Shown one piece after another: positions 19,576 to 28,740 of a stretch of 64,000 bases of DNA. The number at the start of each line of letters is the position of its first letter. Positions within the stretch are counted from its first letter, which is position 1. A model generated the notes under the pieces. It was not told where the DNA came from, did not search any database, and saw only the letters and a list, made by a program, of their open reading frames with translations. The position numbers were made by a program, and so were the translations under genes. Origin of the DNA: Terriglobales bacterium. Its GTDB lineage: Bacteria > Acidobacteriota > Terriglobia > Terriglobales > Acidobacteriaceae. The stretch covers positions 9,695 through 73,694 of the forward strand of contig DASYOD010000041.1 of assembly GCA_036008085.1 (NCBI GenBank). The letters are read 5' to 3'.

Positions 19576-20541
19576 ATGAGAAGACTTATCACGTATTGCG
19601 TTTTATTCGCGGCTGCGACTCTCGCGTCCGCTCAGACCAAGCCCGTCGAACTGCAAGTGCAAACCAATCTTCCATTCCGATTTGTGGCTTATGGCGACAC
19701 CCGGTTCACTGACCCCACAGATACTGACGCCTCAAATCCCGTGGTGCGCAAGGCTCTTGTTCAAGCCATAGCGGACGCGCATCCCGCGTTCATATCGATT
19801 GGCGGCGATCTCGTGTACGGCGGCGCCAATAAGAATGACTGGCGAGTGTTTGACACTGAAACCGCGCCTTGGGTGCAAAACAAAATCCCAGTTTATCCGG
19901 CGCTGGGAAACCACGAACTGTACGGCAATGAGAAGATCGCGCTGGAAAATTATTTTCAGCGCTTCCCTCAATTACAGAACCGACGCTACTACTCCGTGCG
20001 CGCGGCCAACACGCTCATGCTCATGTTAGACAGTTCGCTCGACGAAACTTCGGGGCCGCAAGGGCAATGGCTCGTGCACGAACTGGATACATTGTCATCC
20101 GACGTCGACTTCGTTTGCCCTGTGCTCCATCACCCTCCTTTCACGGACTCGTCAGAGCATTTTCTTAGTGGCGGACATTCGGCGCGCCCTTCTGAGCAAG
20201 CCTTGGCATCGTTACTGGAGAAACGGCAGGCTGGCACCCACGCGCGTTTCGTGGTGATCGCCGGCCACGTCCATAACTATGAACACCACGAGCACGGTGG
20301 AGTGACTTACTTCGTCACGGGCGGCGGCGGGGCGCATCCTTACTTGATTCCGCGCAAGGCTGGAGATCCGTTATTCGATAAGCCGGTTAATTACCACTAC
20401 CTGGTGGTGGAAGTGGATCGCGGCAGGATGAAAATCAGCATGAACCGCGTGGAACTGACAAACGGAAAGGCTAACTGGACTACGCCTGATGTGGTTGAAA
20501 TTTCCGCGCCTGTGATAATGCCCGTCACAGCCGGAAAGTAA
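19576..20541 (+). CDS. secreted metallophosphoesterase (calcineurin-like)
   Basis: 321 aa with a signal peptide. Motifs: GDTRF, GGDLVY, GNHE, and VLHHPP...GHVHNYEH. Confidence 0.75.
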   Translation: MRRLITYCVLFAAATLASAQTKPVELQVQTNLPFRFVAYGDTRFTDPTDTDASNPVVRKALVQAIADAHPAFISIGGDLVYGGANKNDWRVFDTETAPWVQNKIPVYPALGNHELYGNEKIALENYFQRFPQLQNRRYYSVRAANTLMLMLDSSLDETSGPQGQWLVHELDTLSSDVDFVCPVLHHPPFTDSSEHFLSGGHSARPSEQALASLLEKRQAGTHARFVVIAGHVHNYEHHEHGGVTYFVTGGGGAHPYLIPRKAGDPLFDKPVNYHYLVVEVDRGRMKISMNRVELTNGKANWTTPDVVEISAPVIMPVTAGK

Positions 20542-20551
20542 AGCGCGTGGA

Positions 20552-20594
20552 GGACGGGCGTCTCGACGGTCCAGTCGGGCGGAGACACCCGGCC
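20552..20594. repeat. REP-like inverted repeat between convergent genes
   Basis: GGACGGGCGTCTC (20552-20564) pairs with GAGACACCCGGCC (20582-20594) at 11/13. The core GACGGGCGTCTCG recurs at 43665-43677. Confidence 0.45.
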
Positions 20595-20614
20595 TCATTA
20601 GAAACACGGCTTCA

Positions 20615-21427
20615 CTAGCTGCCCGCGCTCGCGACTGCTAATTGCGGCACTACGGGAAGAGATCGAATGAGTTGTTGCGTATACGGATGTTTGGGATTCT
20701 GGAACAACTCCGCGGTTCTGCGGCACTCCACAATCTCGCCCTGATGCATGACTGCAACACGGTGCGCGATGGTCGCGACCGACAGCAGATCGTGAGAGAT
20801 ATACAGAATACTGATGCCGAACTTCGAGCTCAGGCCGGCAAAGAGCTGCAGAATTTCGGCCTGGGTAATCAGGTCGAGAGCACTGGTAGGCTCATCCGCA
20901 ATTAGTAGCGGCGGCTTATGCAACACAGCCATCGTAATCAGCACCCGCTGCGCCTGACCTACACTTAATTGCGCTGGATACCGCCGTAGGAACTCCTGCT
21001 CTCCAGGCAGGCTGACATTTAGCAGCGCTTCCCGCAACGCCTGCTGGCACTGTTCTGCCGAGCCGCTCTGGTGAACTTTCCACGCCTCCGCCAATTGGGT
21101 GCCGATGCGCAGCGCGGGATTCAGCGACGACATGGGACTCTGCAGAATGAGTCCGATTTCTTTTCCGCGTAGCGCCCGAACTTCTCGCTCGCCAAGTGCC
21201 ATCAGATCGCGGCCGTTGAAGTAAATCGAACCGCGCGCCTGAGCTCTCTTCAAATAAAGCAATTTCAAGATGGCCAGCGACAGGGTGCTCTTGCCGCATC
21301 CGCTTTGCCCGACCAGCCCAAGAATTTCCTGTTTGCCCACGTCCAAGGTGAGATCGCGCAGCACTCCCGGTTTGCCGGGATAGTCGACCGAGATTTGCAG
21401 TGACAGCAGCGGCTCCGCGTCCATCAA
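20615..21427 (-). CDS. ABC transporter ATP-binding protein (peptide/nickel Dpp/Opp-type)
   Basis: 270 aa with GQSGCGKST, LSVGQAQRV and LLIADEPTSALD, plus the C-terminal HPYTQ motif typical of oligopeptide-type ATPases. Confidence 0.8.
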   Translation of the reverse strand: MMDAEPLLSLQISVDYPGKPGVLRDLTLDVGKQEILGLVGQSGCGKSTLSLAILKLLYLKRAQARGSIYFNGRDLMALGEREVRALRGKEIGLILQSPMSSLNPALRIGTQLAEAWKVHQSGSAEQCQQALREALLNVSLPGEQEFLRRYPAQLSVGQAQRVLITMAVLHKPPLLIADEPTSALDLITQAEILQLFAGLSSKFGISILYISHDLLSVATIAHRVAVMHQGEIVECRRTAELFQNPKHPYTQQLIRSLPVVPQLAVASAGS

Positions 21428-23046
21428 TGATTCCTGGCGACCTCGGTGCTTAGTGAGAGCTGATCAATATTCCAATAAACCTGGGGCCGCAACACCACTG
21501 GATGCGCGTTGTGCAGCGCCGGCGATACCGCCGACAGCGCGTTCTTGTTCACCAGATAAATGAACGGCTCCTGCTGCCACGCAATTTCCTGCACCTTGTC
21601 GTAATCTTCTTTGCGTTTCTTCGGATCAAGCGTCGAGGCTTGTGCGCGCATCAACTTATCGATGTCGGCTTCCCATGGGGTCGATGGAGTTTTCTGACTG
21701 GGGTTCCACTGGTGGCTGTCAGCGGAGCTGAGCCAGACAGTCATTTGGGCATCGGGATCAAGTTCGTCGTTGACCATCCCGAGCAGGCATGCCTCGTAAT
21801 CGAACGAATGTGTGATGCGTTCGATCAAAGAGGGGAAATCCAAGGTGACCACGTTTAGTTTGATTCCAACGCCTAACAGGTCCTGCTGAATCATGGTCGC
21901 CATGCGTTCGCGGGCTTTGTTTCCGGCGTTGGTAATTACTGAAAATTCGACTGCGTGTCCGTCGTGATCGCGCAGGGTGCCATCTTGAAGATGGAATCCA
22001 TCCTGAGCGAGGCGCTGCAGCGCGGACTTCTTATCGAAGGGATGCGGCTGCAGCTTGGGATTGAACCAGAACTTATTGGCCGGACTGACCGGGCCCACTG
22101 CGGGACGGGCGTGCCCATGAAATACTATGCGGGCAATATCTTCGCGGTTGATGGCTTCGGAAACCGCCCGGCGGAAGTTGGTCGAAGTAAACCAGGCTTT
22201 CTTGTATGCCGGCAACGGAGAATTAGCGACCTGATTGAACCACATCTCTTCGGAATCGAGCGACGCACCCGCATCGTGCGCCATTGACGGATCCTGAGCA
22301 GCGATCTTGTCGAAATAATCGGCGTCAACCGAGTTGATGAAGTGAATTTCGCCTCGGGTTAGCCGCAGCATCTCGATGTCGCGATTCTGTTGGATATCCA
22401 GACGAACCGACTCTATGTACGGCAATTGGCGGCCCGCCGGATCTTTTTCCCAATAGTTGGGATTGCGTTTCAAGATCAGGTATGAGCCGGCTTTATTTTC
22501 GCCAACGTAGTAAGGTCCGAGCACTGCCATTTCTTTTTGCGGAGACTTCGAGGACATAATCGCCACCTGATCGAAGAGTCGGTCCAAGCCAGCGATTGGA
22601 GCAGGGAAAGTGACTCGGACACGGTTCTTCGGCAAAACCTCAGTTTGAACTTTTCCCTCTGATGCGCGGAACGCGTCTCCGGTCGGCGAGTGCAATGCGG
22701 GATCCATCAACTGCTGCATGGTATAGGCGACATCCTCCGGGGAAAAGGGAGTGCCGTCGGAGAAGCGCAGCCCTGTGCGGAGTTCGAAGGTGATCGCCTT
22801 TCCGCCATTTGTGATCTTCCATGACGTAGCAAGTCCAGGCTCAAGTTCCTGGGTCATCCGGTTGACGCGCACCAGCACGCCGCCAGTCAGGTAGCGGATG
22901 GTTTCCGAGGCATCGTCGGCAGCAAGCAGCGGGTTGAGCGTCTTTGGTTCCGATCGCAGGCAGAAATGCAATTCGCCGCCAGATTGGGCCAGCGAACCGA
23001 GCGCGAGCAGGATCGTCAGAAGGAAACTTGTTAACAGTTTTTTCAT
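21424..23046 (-). CDS. ABC transporter substrate-binding protein, family 5 (peptide/nickel)
   Basis: 540 aa with a signal peptide. Overall resemblance to SBP_bac_5 proteins. 4-nt overlaps with both neighbouring genes. Confidence 0.75.
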   Translation of the reverse strand: MKKLLTSFLLTILLALGSLAQSGGELHFCLRSEPKTLNPLLAADDASETIRYLTGGVLVRVNRMTQELEPGLATSWKITNGGKAITFELRTGLRFSDGTPFSPEDVAYTMQQLMDPALHSPTGDAFRASEGKVQTEVLPKNRVRVTFPAPIAGLDRLFDQVAIMSSKSPQKEMAVLGPYYVGENKAGSYLILKRNPNYWEKDPAGRQLPYIESVRLDIQQNRDIEMLRLTRGEIHFINSVDADYFDKIAAQDPSMAHDAGASLDSEEMWFNQVANSPLPAYKKAWFTSTNFRRAVSEAINREDIARIVFHGHARPAVGPVSPANKFWFNPKLQPHPFDKKSALQRLAQDGFHLQDGTLRDHDGHAVEFSVITNAGNKARERMATMIQQDLLGVGIKLNVVTLDFPSLIERITHSFDYEACLLGMVNDELDPDAQMTVWLSSADSHQWNPSQKTPSTPWEADIDKLMRAQASTLDPKKRKEDYDKVQEIAWQQEPFIYLVNKNALSAVSPALHNAHPVVLRPQVYWNIDQLSLSTEVARNH

Positions 23047-23849
23047 ACCGCCAACTCCTCTTTCGTCAGGACAAGATGAAAGCTACTGACCACCAGAATG
23101 AACAGAATGAGTGGAACAAATTGCCAGGCTTGACCAGAGATGGTTGAAAAGCCCTCGAGTTCGCGAAGCAGGCTTCCCCACGAGGGCAGTGGTTCGGCGA
23201 CGCCCAAGCCTAGAATTCCAAGATTGGCTTCGGTCAAAATAAAAACTGGGACTGAAATCCAGAACTGCGCGTACAAGACTGGTTTGAGATTGGGCACGAG
23301 ATGACGCCAGAACAATCGGAAACCGTCGCTGCCCGATGCGCGTGCGAGAAGAATAAAATCCGAGCGTGAAAGCGCTCGGGCATCTGCGCAGATAATGCGC
23401 GCCGCTCCGGCCCAGCCCAGGCAGCCGAGCATGGCAAAGGTGATCAACACGGAAACAATCGGAGAGACGTTCAGGGGCAAGAGCGCGCGAACCGTAATCA
23501 GCAGGAAAAGCCAGGGCAGCGATAGGAAAAGATCGGTTCCCGCCATCACGAAACGCTCGACGCGTCCGCCGGCGAAGCCAGCAATACCTCCGATAAAAGC
23601 TGCCAACAAGCTAGAGAGCAACGCAGCCGCCGGGGCCAGCAACAGTGATACTCGTGTGCCGTACAATACGCGCGAAAAGCGATCCCTTCCTAAATCGTCT
23701 GTGCCCAAAGGATGTTGCCGCGAAGGCGCAGCATCAGGCTCGTCGCGAAACTGGTGCGCGTACGATGCTGGCGCTATGAAGTTCGCCAGCAAGCATGCGG
23801 CGGAAATCACCAGCAGGAAAACAATGGCTGCTGTCTTCGCCCAGTTCAT
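23043..23849 (-). CDS. ABC transporter permease (DppC/OppC-like)
   Basis: The ATG at 23849 (MNWAKTAAIVFLL...) overlaps the upstream stop as ATGA. The longer 23975 start in the track would overlap the upstream gene by 130 nt. Confidence 0.75.
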   Translation of the reverse strand: MNWAKTAAIVFLLVISAACLLANFIAPASYAHQFRDEPDAAPSRQHPLGTDDLGRDRFSRVLYGTRVSLLLAPAAALLSSLLAAFIGGIAGFAGGRVERFVMAGTDLFLSLPWLFLLITVRALLPLNVSPIVSVLITFAMLGCLGWAGAARIICADARALSRSDFILLARASGSDGFRLFWRHLVPNLKPVLYAQFWISVPVFILTEANLGILGLGVAEPLPSWGSLLRELEGFSTISGQAWQFVPLILFILVVSSFHLVLTKEELAV

Positions 23850-24751
23850 GCTTCGCTCACGGCAAAAATTTTGCCCATCATTTCGGAGGCCGAATTGGCC
23901 ATGAGCGTGACCAACGTGACAATCATCGTTAGATTCACCAGCAGGGCTACATCGCGCCCCAGTGCCGCTTTCCATGCCAACTGTCCGATGCCTGGCATGT
24001 CACACAGCGCTTCCATCGGAATCGCCGCAGTGAACGCGAAGCTGACCGTAACGCCGAGTAGAGCCAGAAGCTGGGGTGTTGCGGTTGGAAGAATGTGCCA
24101 AACCAGCACGCGCATATTGCCCAACCCTTTGGCTCGTGCGGTCAGCACATGAGGCAACGCCGAACTTCGGCCCAGCAGATTGCGAGAATAACGAAACATC
24201 TTGGGAAAAATGATCAGACCGAGCAGCAATCGTGTCGGCGCCTGTGCCAGCACAAAAAGAAGCGCGAGGACTGCCGCAGGGAGGCAAAGTAAGACTCCGA
24301 CCAGCAAACTGCCAAGCAGATCGAGATACCAGGCCCTCGACATCACGACGGCGACCGCGAGGAAAAATCCGGCAGTCCATCCCAGAGCCATCCCGGCAGC
24401 CACTGATTTCAAAGTCTCGGGCAAACGTTCGGCTACCAGTTGTCGAACCGGGCGTTGCAGTGTCCGGGAAATTCCCAAGTCGCCGCGGAGTAAGCGGCTC
24501 AAATAATGAAAATAGAAAACGAAAATATTGGCGTCGGCGGCGCGCGTTTCGCGCAGTGCCTGAATACTTTGGGTGCTTAGGCGCGAGTCCAACTCCTCCT
24601 CGTCGATCCCGAAGCCAGGCGCAAAGCGCACCAGTGTGGCTCCCAGAAAACCGCCGAGCAGGACGGTAATCAGAATCTTGGCGACGAGTTTTGGCAATGC
24701 GGACAGCGTATCGATACCTCCGCGGAGCAACGCAGCACAACTAGTTTTCAA
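23846..24751 (-). CDS. ABC transporter permease (DppB/OppB-like)
   Basis: 301 aa, polytopic, first gene of the 4-gene operon. Confidence 0.75.
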   Translation of the reverse strand: MKTSCAALLRGGIDTLSALPKLVAKILITVLLGGFLGATLVRFAPGFGIDEEELDSRLSTQSIQALRETRAADANIFVFYFHYLSRLLRGDLGISRTLQRPVRQLVAERLPETLKSVAAGMALGWTAGFFLAVAVVMSRAWYLDLLGSLLVGVLLCLPAAVLALLFVLAQAPTRLLLGLIIFPKMFRYSRNLLGRSSALPHVLTARAKGLGNMRVLVWHILPTATPQLLALLGVTVSFAFTAAIPMEALCDMPGIGQLAWKAALGRDVALLVNLTMIVTLVTLMANSASEMMGKIFAVSEA

Positions 24752-24876
24752 ACAGGGATTTTATCTATTATAGTTAGGTAAGTTACGTGGCAACAATCAC
24801 TTACCCAAAAAGCAGCAAACTAAAGTAACGCAGGAGATTTTCGGCAAAGGCTTTGTTTTCAAGCCAGGCAATCAGC

Positions 24877-26214
24877 TCACAATGGCAGCTCCCAGCCTTC
24901 GTCCTTCATCCTTTGATTGGTCCACTCCTGCAGCTCTTTGTAAACCGCGGGGTCGATGACCACGAATGTGGCGCCGGCGCGTCCGTCAAGATCGGCCCAG
25001 ACGATTTGTACCTTGGCCTCGATACAGGCTTGGCTGTTGGGCAGGCTGAAGCTGATATCCATAAGGCCTTCGGACCGGCGGGGATCGGGCAATCCTTCGA
25101 GGCCCATGCCGCCGACGCTGAGATTTACCGCGGTCACCTGCGACTCGTGGCCGTGACTGTCTTTGAGCGTTACCGGAACATTCAGTTTCGCGCGGAAGAA
25201 TTTCTTTTGCTTCAGGCTGAGCGCGCCGAGCGCCCGGCTCTTATCGCTCGGAGCGGCGGTGATTTTGTATTCGCCCAGCTTCCGGCTTAGCGTTCTGCGC
25301 GAAATCCCAAGTTGCTCGGCCGCTTTGGCGCGGTGACCTCTGGTATTTTCCAGCGCTTTCATTACCATCTGTCTTTCCATGTCTTGCAGATCGCCGGCGG
25401 GCACTGGAATATTGGTCTTTTGCTGCTCGGCTGAAAGTTCCGCCGTCACATCGGACGCGCCAATCTCTTTTCCCGATGCGAGCATCGCAACTTTGGCTAT
25501 CACGTTTCGCAGCTCGCGCACATTTCCAGGCCAGGAATGCGGTTGCAGTGCGCGCAGCGCCTCCGCGCTGAAATGCAGGTCGGGAGATTTCAGCCGGAGA
25601 AAATGCTCGGCTAAGGCGAGAACATCTTCTGGGCGCTCGCGCAACGGTGGAACCCTCAATTGAAACTGGCTGAGGCGATGAAAAAGGTCTTTGCGGAAGC
25701 GGCCTTCGCGCACTGCGGCTTCGAGATCCTGGTTGGTGGCGGCGACGATGCGGACATCTACGGTGATTTTGCGATGCCCTCCGAGCCGATAGTACGGAGC
25801 GCCGTCCAGCACGCGCAGCAACTTTACTTGAATATGAGAGGGCAGTTCGCCAATTTCATCCAGGAAGAGAGTCCCTTTGTCGGCCAGTTCGAAAAGTCCG
25901 GGCTTGGAATTGTCAGCGCCGCTGAAGGCGCCTTTTTCGTAGCCGAAGAGTTCGCTCTCGACCAGGTGCTCAGGCAGAGCGGCGCAGTTTATGTCGATCC
26001 AGGACTTGCCATTGCGATAGGAAAATTCGTGGATGCTGCAGGCAATCAGTTCCTTGCCAGTGCCGGTTTCACCGGTGATCAGGACGGTTTCCGTGTGGCC
26101 GGCAACGCGCTCGACCATGGCCATGAAACGCTGCATCGCGGGACTGGCCACGATGAATGCTGTTCCGTGGATTTCGCGTTGAACTGCCGCCCCAGATTGC
26201 AATGCGTCCCCCAC
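24877..26214 (-). CDS. sigma-54-dependent transcriptional activator: AAA+ core, Fis-type HTH, C-terminal PilZ-like domain; no N-terminal sensor domain
   Basis: 445 aa. AAA+ core has Walker A GETGTGKE, the GAFSGA loop (a GAFTGA variant) and LFLDEIGEL. The HTH is RAKAAEQLGISRRTLSRKL. The last 110 aa or so carry NLSVGGMG plus a beta-barrel-like pattern. A TAG stop lies immediately upstream of the GTG start, so no receiver or GAF domain is possible. Confidence 0.8.
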   Translation of the reverse strand: MGDALQSGAAVQREIHGTAFIVASPAMQRFMAMVERVAGHTETVLITGETGTGKELIACSIHEFSYRNGKSWIDINCAALPEHLVESELFGYEKGAFSGADNSKPGLFELADKGTLFLDEIGELPSHIQVKLLRVLDGAPYYRLGGHRKITVDVRIVAATNQDLEAAVREGRFRKDLFHRLSQFQLRVPPLRERPEDVLALAEHFLRLKSPDLHFSAEALRALQPHSWPGNVRELRNVIAKVAMLASGKEIGASDVTAELSAEQQKTNIPVPAGDLQDMERQMVMKALENTRGHRAKAAEQLGISRRTLSRKLGEYKITAAPSDKSRALGALSLKQKKFFRAKLNVPVTLKDSHGHESQVTAVNLSVGGMGLEGLPDPRRSEGLMDISFSLPNSQACIEAKVQIVWADLDGRAGATFVVIDPAVYKELQEWTNQRMKDEGWELPL

Positions 26215-26563
26215 CGGCTACGGGAATACATCGTTTGCGGCAGCAGGCTGCCGCCGCGCTCGATTCAAGCCGGACCAAAGAAAAAGCTAGCACAGCGTGG
26301 AACGAACTCATGAGTAACGTCTGGCACCGACGGTGACGAAGGTAATCCCAGTTTCACAGCGAGGCGCGAATCGAACTGGACCGCTGAAAATGAAAATCGT
26401 GGCGTGCTATTGATGCCGCCGGATGTCCTCCCGGATCGGAAGCTCTGCTCGACCCAAAACCAGCGGTCTTCTCCCGGCCTTGGCCGAGTAAATACTGAGC
26501 ATTGACCTTCCGAACAACCAGTGAGAGACTGGCTGCGCTCGCCTCGCCTGTATTCGAGGTTAT

Positions 26564-28510
26564 ATGAATCAGTCACTCTTCAAAGCAGTTACCCTGGGGT
26601 TGATGTCAATGCTGCTCGGCAACGCCTCCGCCCAGCGTGGCCCAACTCCAAACTCACCAACTGCAGACACTACCCCCAATCCGACCTCCGGCCTTACAGC
26701 GCTACCAGCGAGCACCGGGACTATCGTCCAACTCGCCGTGCGGGATGAGAAGGATAAGCCCCTCGATCGTCAAGCTTTGGTGCAAATCACGAACAAGATT
26801 AGCGGACAGATTCGGGCTGGGGTCACAGAGGAGGACGCCACGGCTATGATCGGCGACTTGGAGACGGGCCAGTATGATGTAGCCGTAAGCGCCCTCGGTT
26901 ATTTGACGTCGCATCAGGAAGTCATGATCAGCGGCAGAATCACCCTGAACCACATGGAGGTGGCCTTAAAGAAAGATCCCTCCGCTGTCGATCTGGGGGC
27001 GGTGAACGTTAAGGAGATTCCCACGAAGGTTCGGCGCAACATGGTGCATGGCTTGGTCGCCCTCAAGTCCTCGAAGCTGGATGAAGCGCAGAAGAAGCTC
27101 GATGCCGCTTACAAGGCTGATCCTTCGAACGCAGAAGTGAACTTCCTTTTGGGCTATCTGTACTTTGAAAGACAGAATATGGACCGGGCGCAGAGTTATC
27201 TCGCCACGGCCACAAAGCTGGCGCCGCACTATGGTGAGGCGCTCACATTGCTTGGACGAGTGGAAATTCAGCGCAACGACGCTGCCGCAGCTCGGGGCCC
27301 GCTGGAACAGGCGGTTGCGACCCACCCCGAATCCTGGATGGCGCATTACCTTCTTTCCGACGCCTATCTGCTGCAGCACGAGTTCGACAAGGCGCAGGCT
27401 CAAGCGCGGCTTGCTATTGAAAGAGGAGCGGCAGCGGCAAATCCGGCACAACTGATTCTGGGACAGGCACTGGCCAATCTGCAGCGCTACCCTCAGGCAA
27501 TTCAGGCGTTAGAAACGTTCTTGAAAACTGCGCCCGCTGATCCGAACGCGAAGCAGATTCACGAGTTGGTTGCCGAACTTGAGAAACGGCAATCCCAACC
27601 GGATGAAGTAATTGCGCCTCAATCCATTGTTTCGAGAATGATCCCGATCGTCGCCGCCACTGACCCGGTTCTGATGGCGAAGAGCTGGGGCCCTCCTGGC
27701 GTGGACGACACCAAACCCGCGGTGGCTTCCGGCGTCTCATGCCCGATCGATGAAGTAATTACGCAGTCCGGCGTTCGCGTCAAGGAACTGGTGGACGATC
27801 TGGCCAAGTTCAACGCCGTGGAAGATGTTTACCACGAAGAAGTCGACCTAGCCGGGGTTTCCAAGAAACATACCACCATCAGGTTCGACTATGTTGCCTC
27901 GATCGCAGAGCCGAAGCCCGGCAGCTTCAAGGTCGACGAGTTTCGCAGTGGGCGCTCTGACATTGGAGCCTTCCCCGACCAGATCGCCACACGCGGCTTG
28001 CCCACTATGGCTTTGATCTTTCACCCCGACATGCGTGATGATTTCGAAATGAGCTGCGAGGGTCTGGGCACCTGGAATCAGAAAGCCACATGGCTGGTCC
28101 ATTTTCAGCAACGCGAAAACAAGCCACGCCGCATCCAGAATTACGTCGTCAACGGCAGAGATTACGCGGTCAGCCTCAAAGGACGAGCCTGGATTTCCGC
28201 GGACACTTTCCAGATCGTTCGCCTGGAATCGGATTTGACCGATCCGATCAAGGAAATTCAACTGCGCAGCGAGCATCAGACTGTGGAGTACGCTCCAGTA
28301 CGATTTCCCAAGAGCAAATCCGAACTCTGGCTGCCCAAGAACGCCGAACTGTATTTCGACCTCCGCAAGCACCGCTATTTCCGGCGCCACAGCTTCGACC
28401 ATTTCATGCTGTTCTCGGTGGATACCGAAGAGAAACGCAAAGAACCGAAAGAAGCCAAGGTTCCAGAGTCGAGGTCACCGAAACCCAAATCTCGCAAGCG
28501 GCATGCTTAA
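26564..28510 (+). CDS. secreted TPR-repeat protein with N-terminal carboxypeptidase-regulatory-like domain and Lys-rich tail
   Basis: 648 aa with a signal peptide. TPR-like helices cover roughly aa 170-340, followed by an unassigned C-terminal domain of about 270 aa. Confidence 0.6.
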   Translation: MNQSLFKAVTLGLMSMLLGNASAQRGPTPNSPTADTTPNPTSGLTALPASTGTIVQLAVRDEKDKPLDRQALVQITNKISGQIRAGVTEEDATAMIGDLETGQYDVAVSALGYLTSHQEVMISGRITLNHMEVALKKDPSAVDLGAVNVKEIPTKVRRNMVHGLVALKSSKLDEAQKKLDAAYKADPSNAEVNFLLGYLYFERQNMDRAQSYLATATKLAPHYGEALTLLGRVEIQRNDAAAARGPLEQAVATHPESWMAHYLLSDAYLLQHEFDKAQAQARLAIERGAAAANPAQLILGQALANLQRYPQAIQALETFLKTAPADPNAKQIHELVAELEKRQSQPDEVIAPQSIVSRMIPIVAATDPVLMAKSWGPPGVDDTKPAVASGVSCPIDEVITQSGVRVKELVDDLAKFNAVEDVYHEEVDLAGVSKKHTTIRFDYVASIAEPKPGSFKVDEFRSGRSDIGAFPDQIATRGLPTMALIFHPDMRDDFEMSCEGLGTWNQKATWLVHFQQRENKPRRIQNYVVNGRDYAVSLKGRAWISADTFQIVRLESDLTDPIKEIQLRSEHQTVEYAPVRFPKSKSELWLPKNAELYFDLRKHRYFRRHSFDHFMLFSVDTEEKRKEPKEAKVPESRSPKPKSRKRHA

Positions 28511-28740
28511 CGAGGATTGTCCGCCGAAAGGCCGACCTCGGTCCTGAGAGGCGGTTGGCTCAGCAAATCCCGCCGTACCACCACCTATTTTCACACTCTT
28601 TTCTCGCAACTCACAGGCCTGATCCGGGTTTATATTCGCAGTGGCAGGTAGTCAGTCACCTGCGCTAAGCTTCAAATCGCGTCGGCATAAAGGGTTGGGG
28701 AACACGGCTGGGGCTGGCGGTGTTCCGAGGGAGAATAGAT

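Noticed and set aside
23850-23975. Extended N-terminus of the DppC-like permease in the track, and the 246-aa alternative-frame ORF 24000..24740.
   Set aside because: The extension overlaps the upstream permease gene by 130 nt and is non-hydrophobic. The ATG at 23849 gives a classic ATGA coupling. The alternative-frame ORF is Arg-rich noise inside the DppB-like gene.
26321-26336. TGGCACCGACGGTGAC between the sigma-54 activator and the TPR gene.
   Set aside because: The -12 region (GTGA) lacks the conserved GC.
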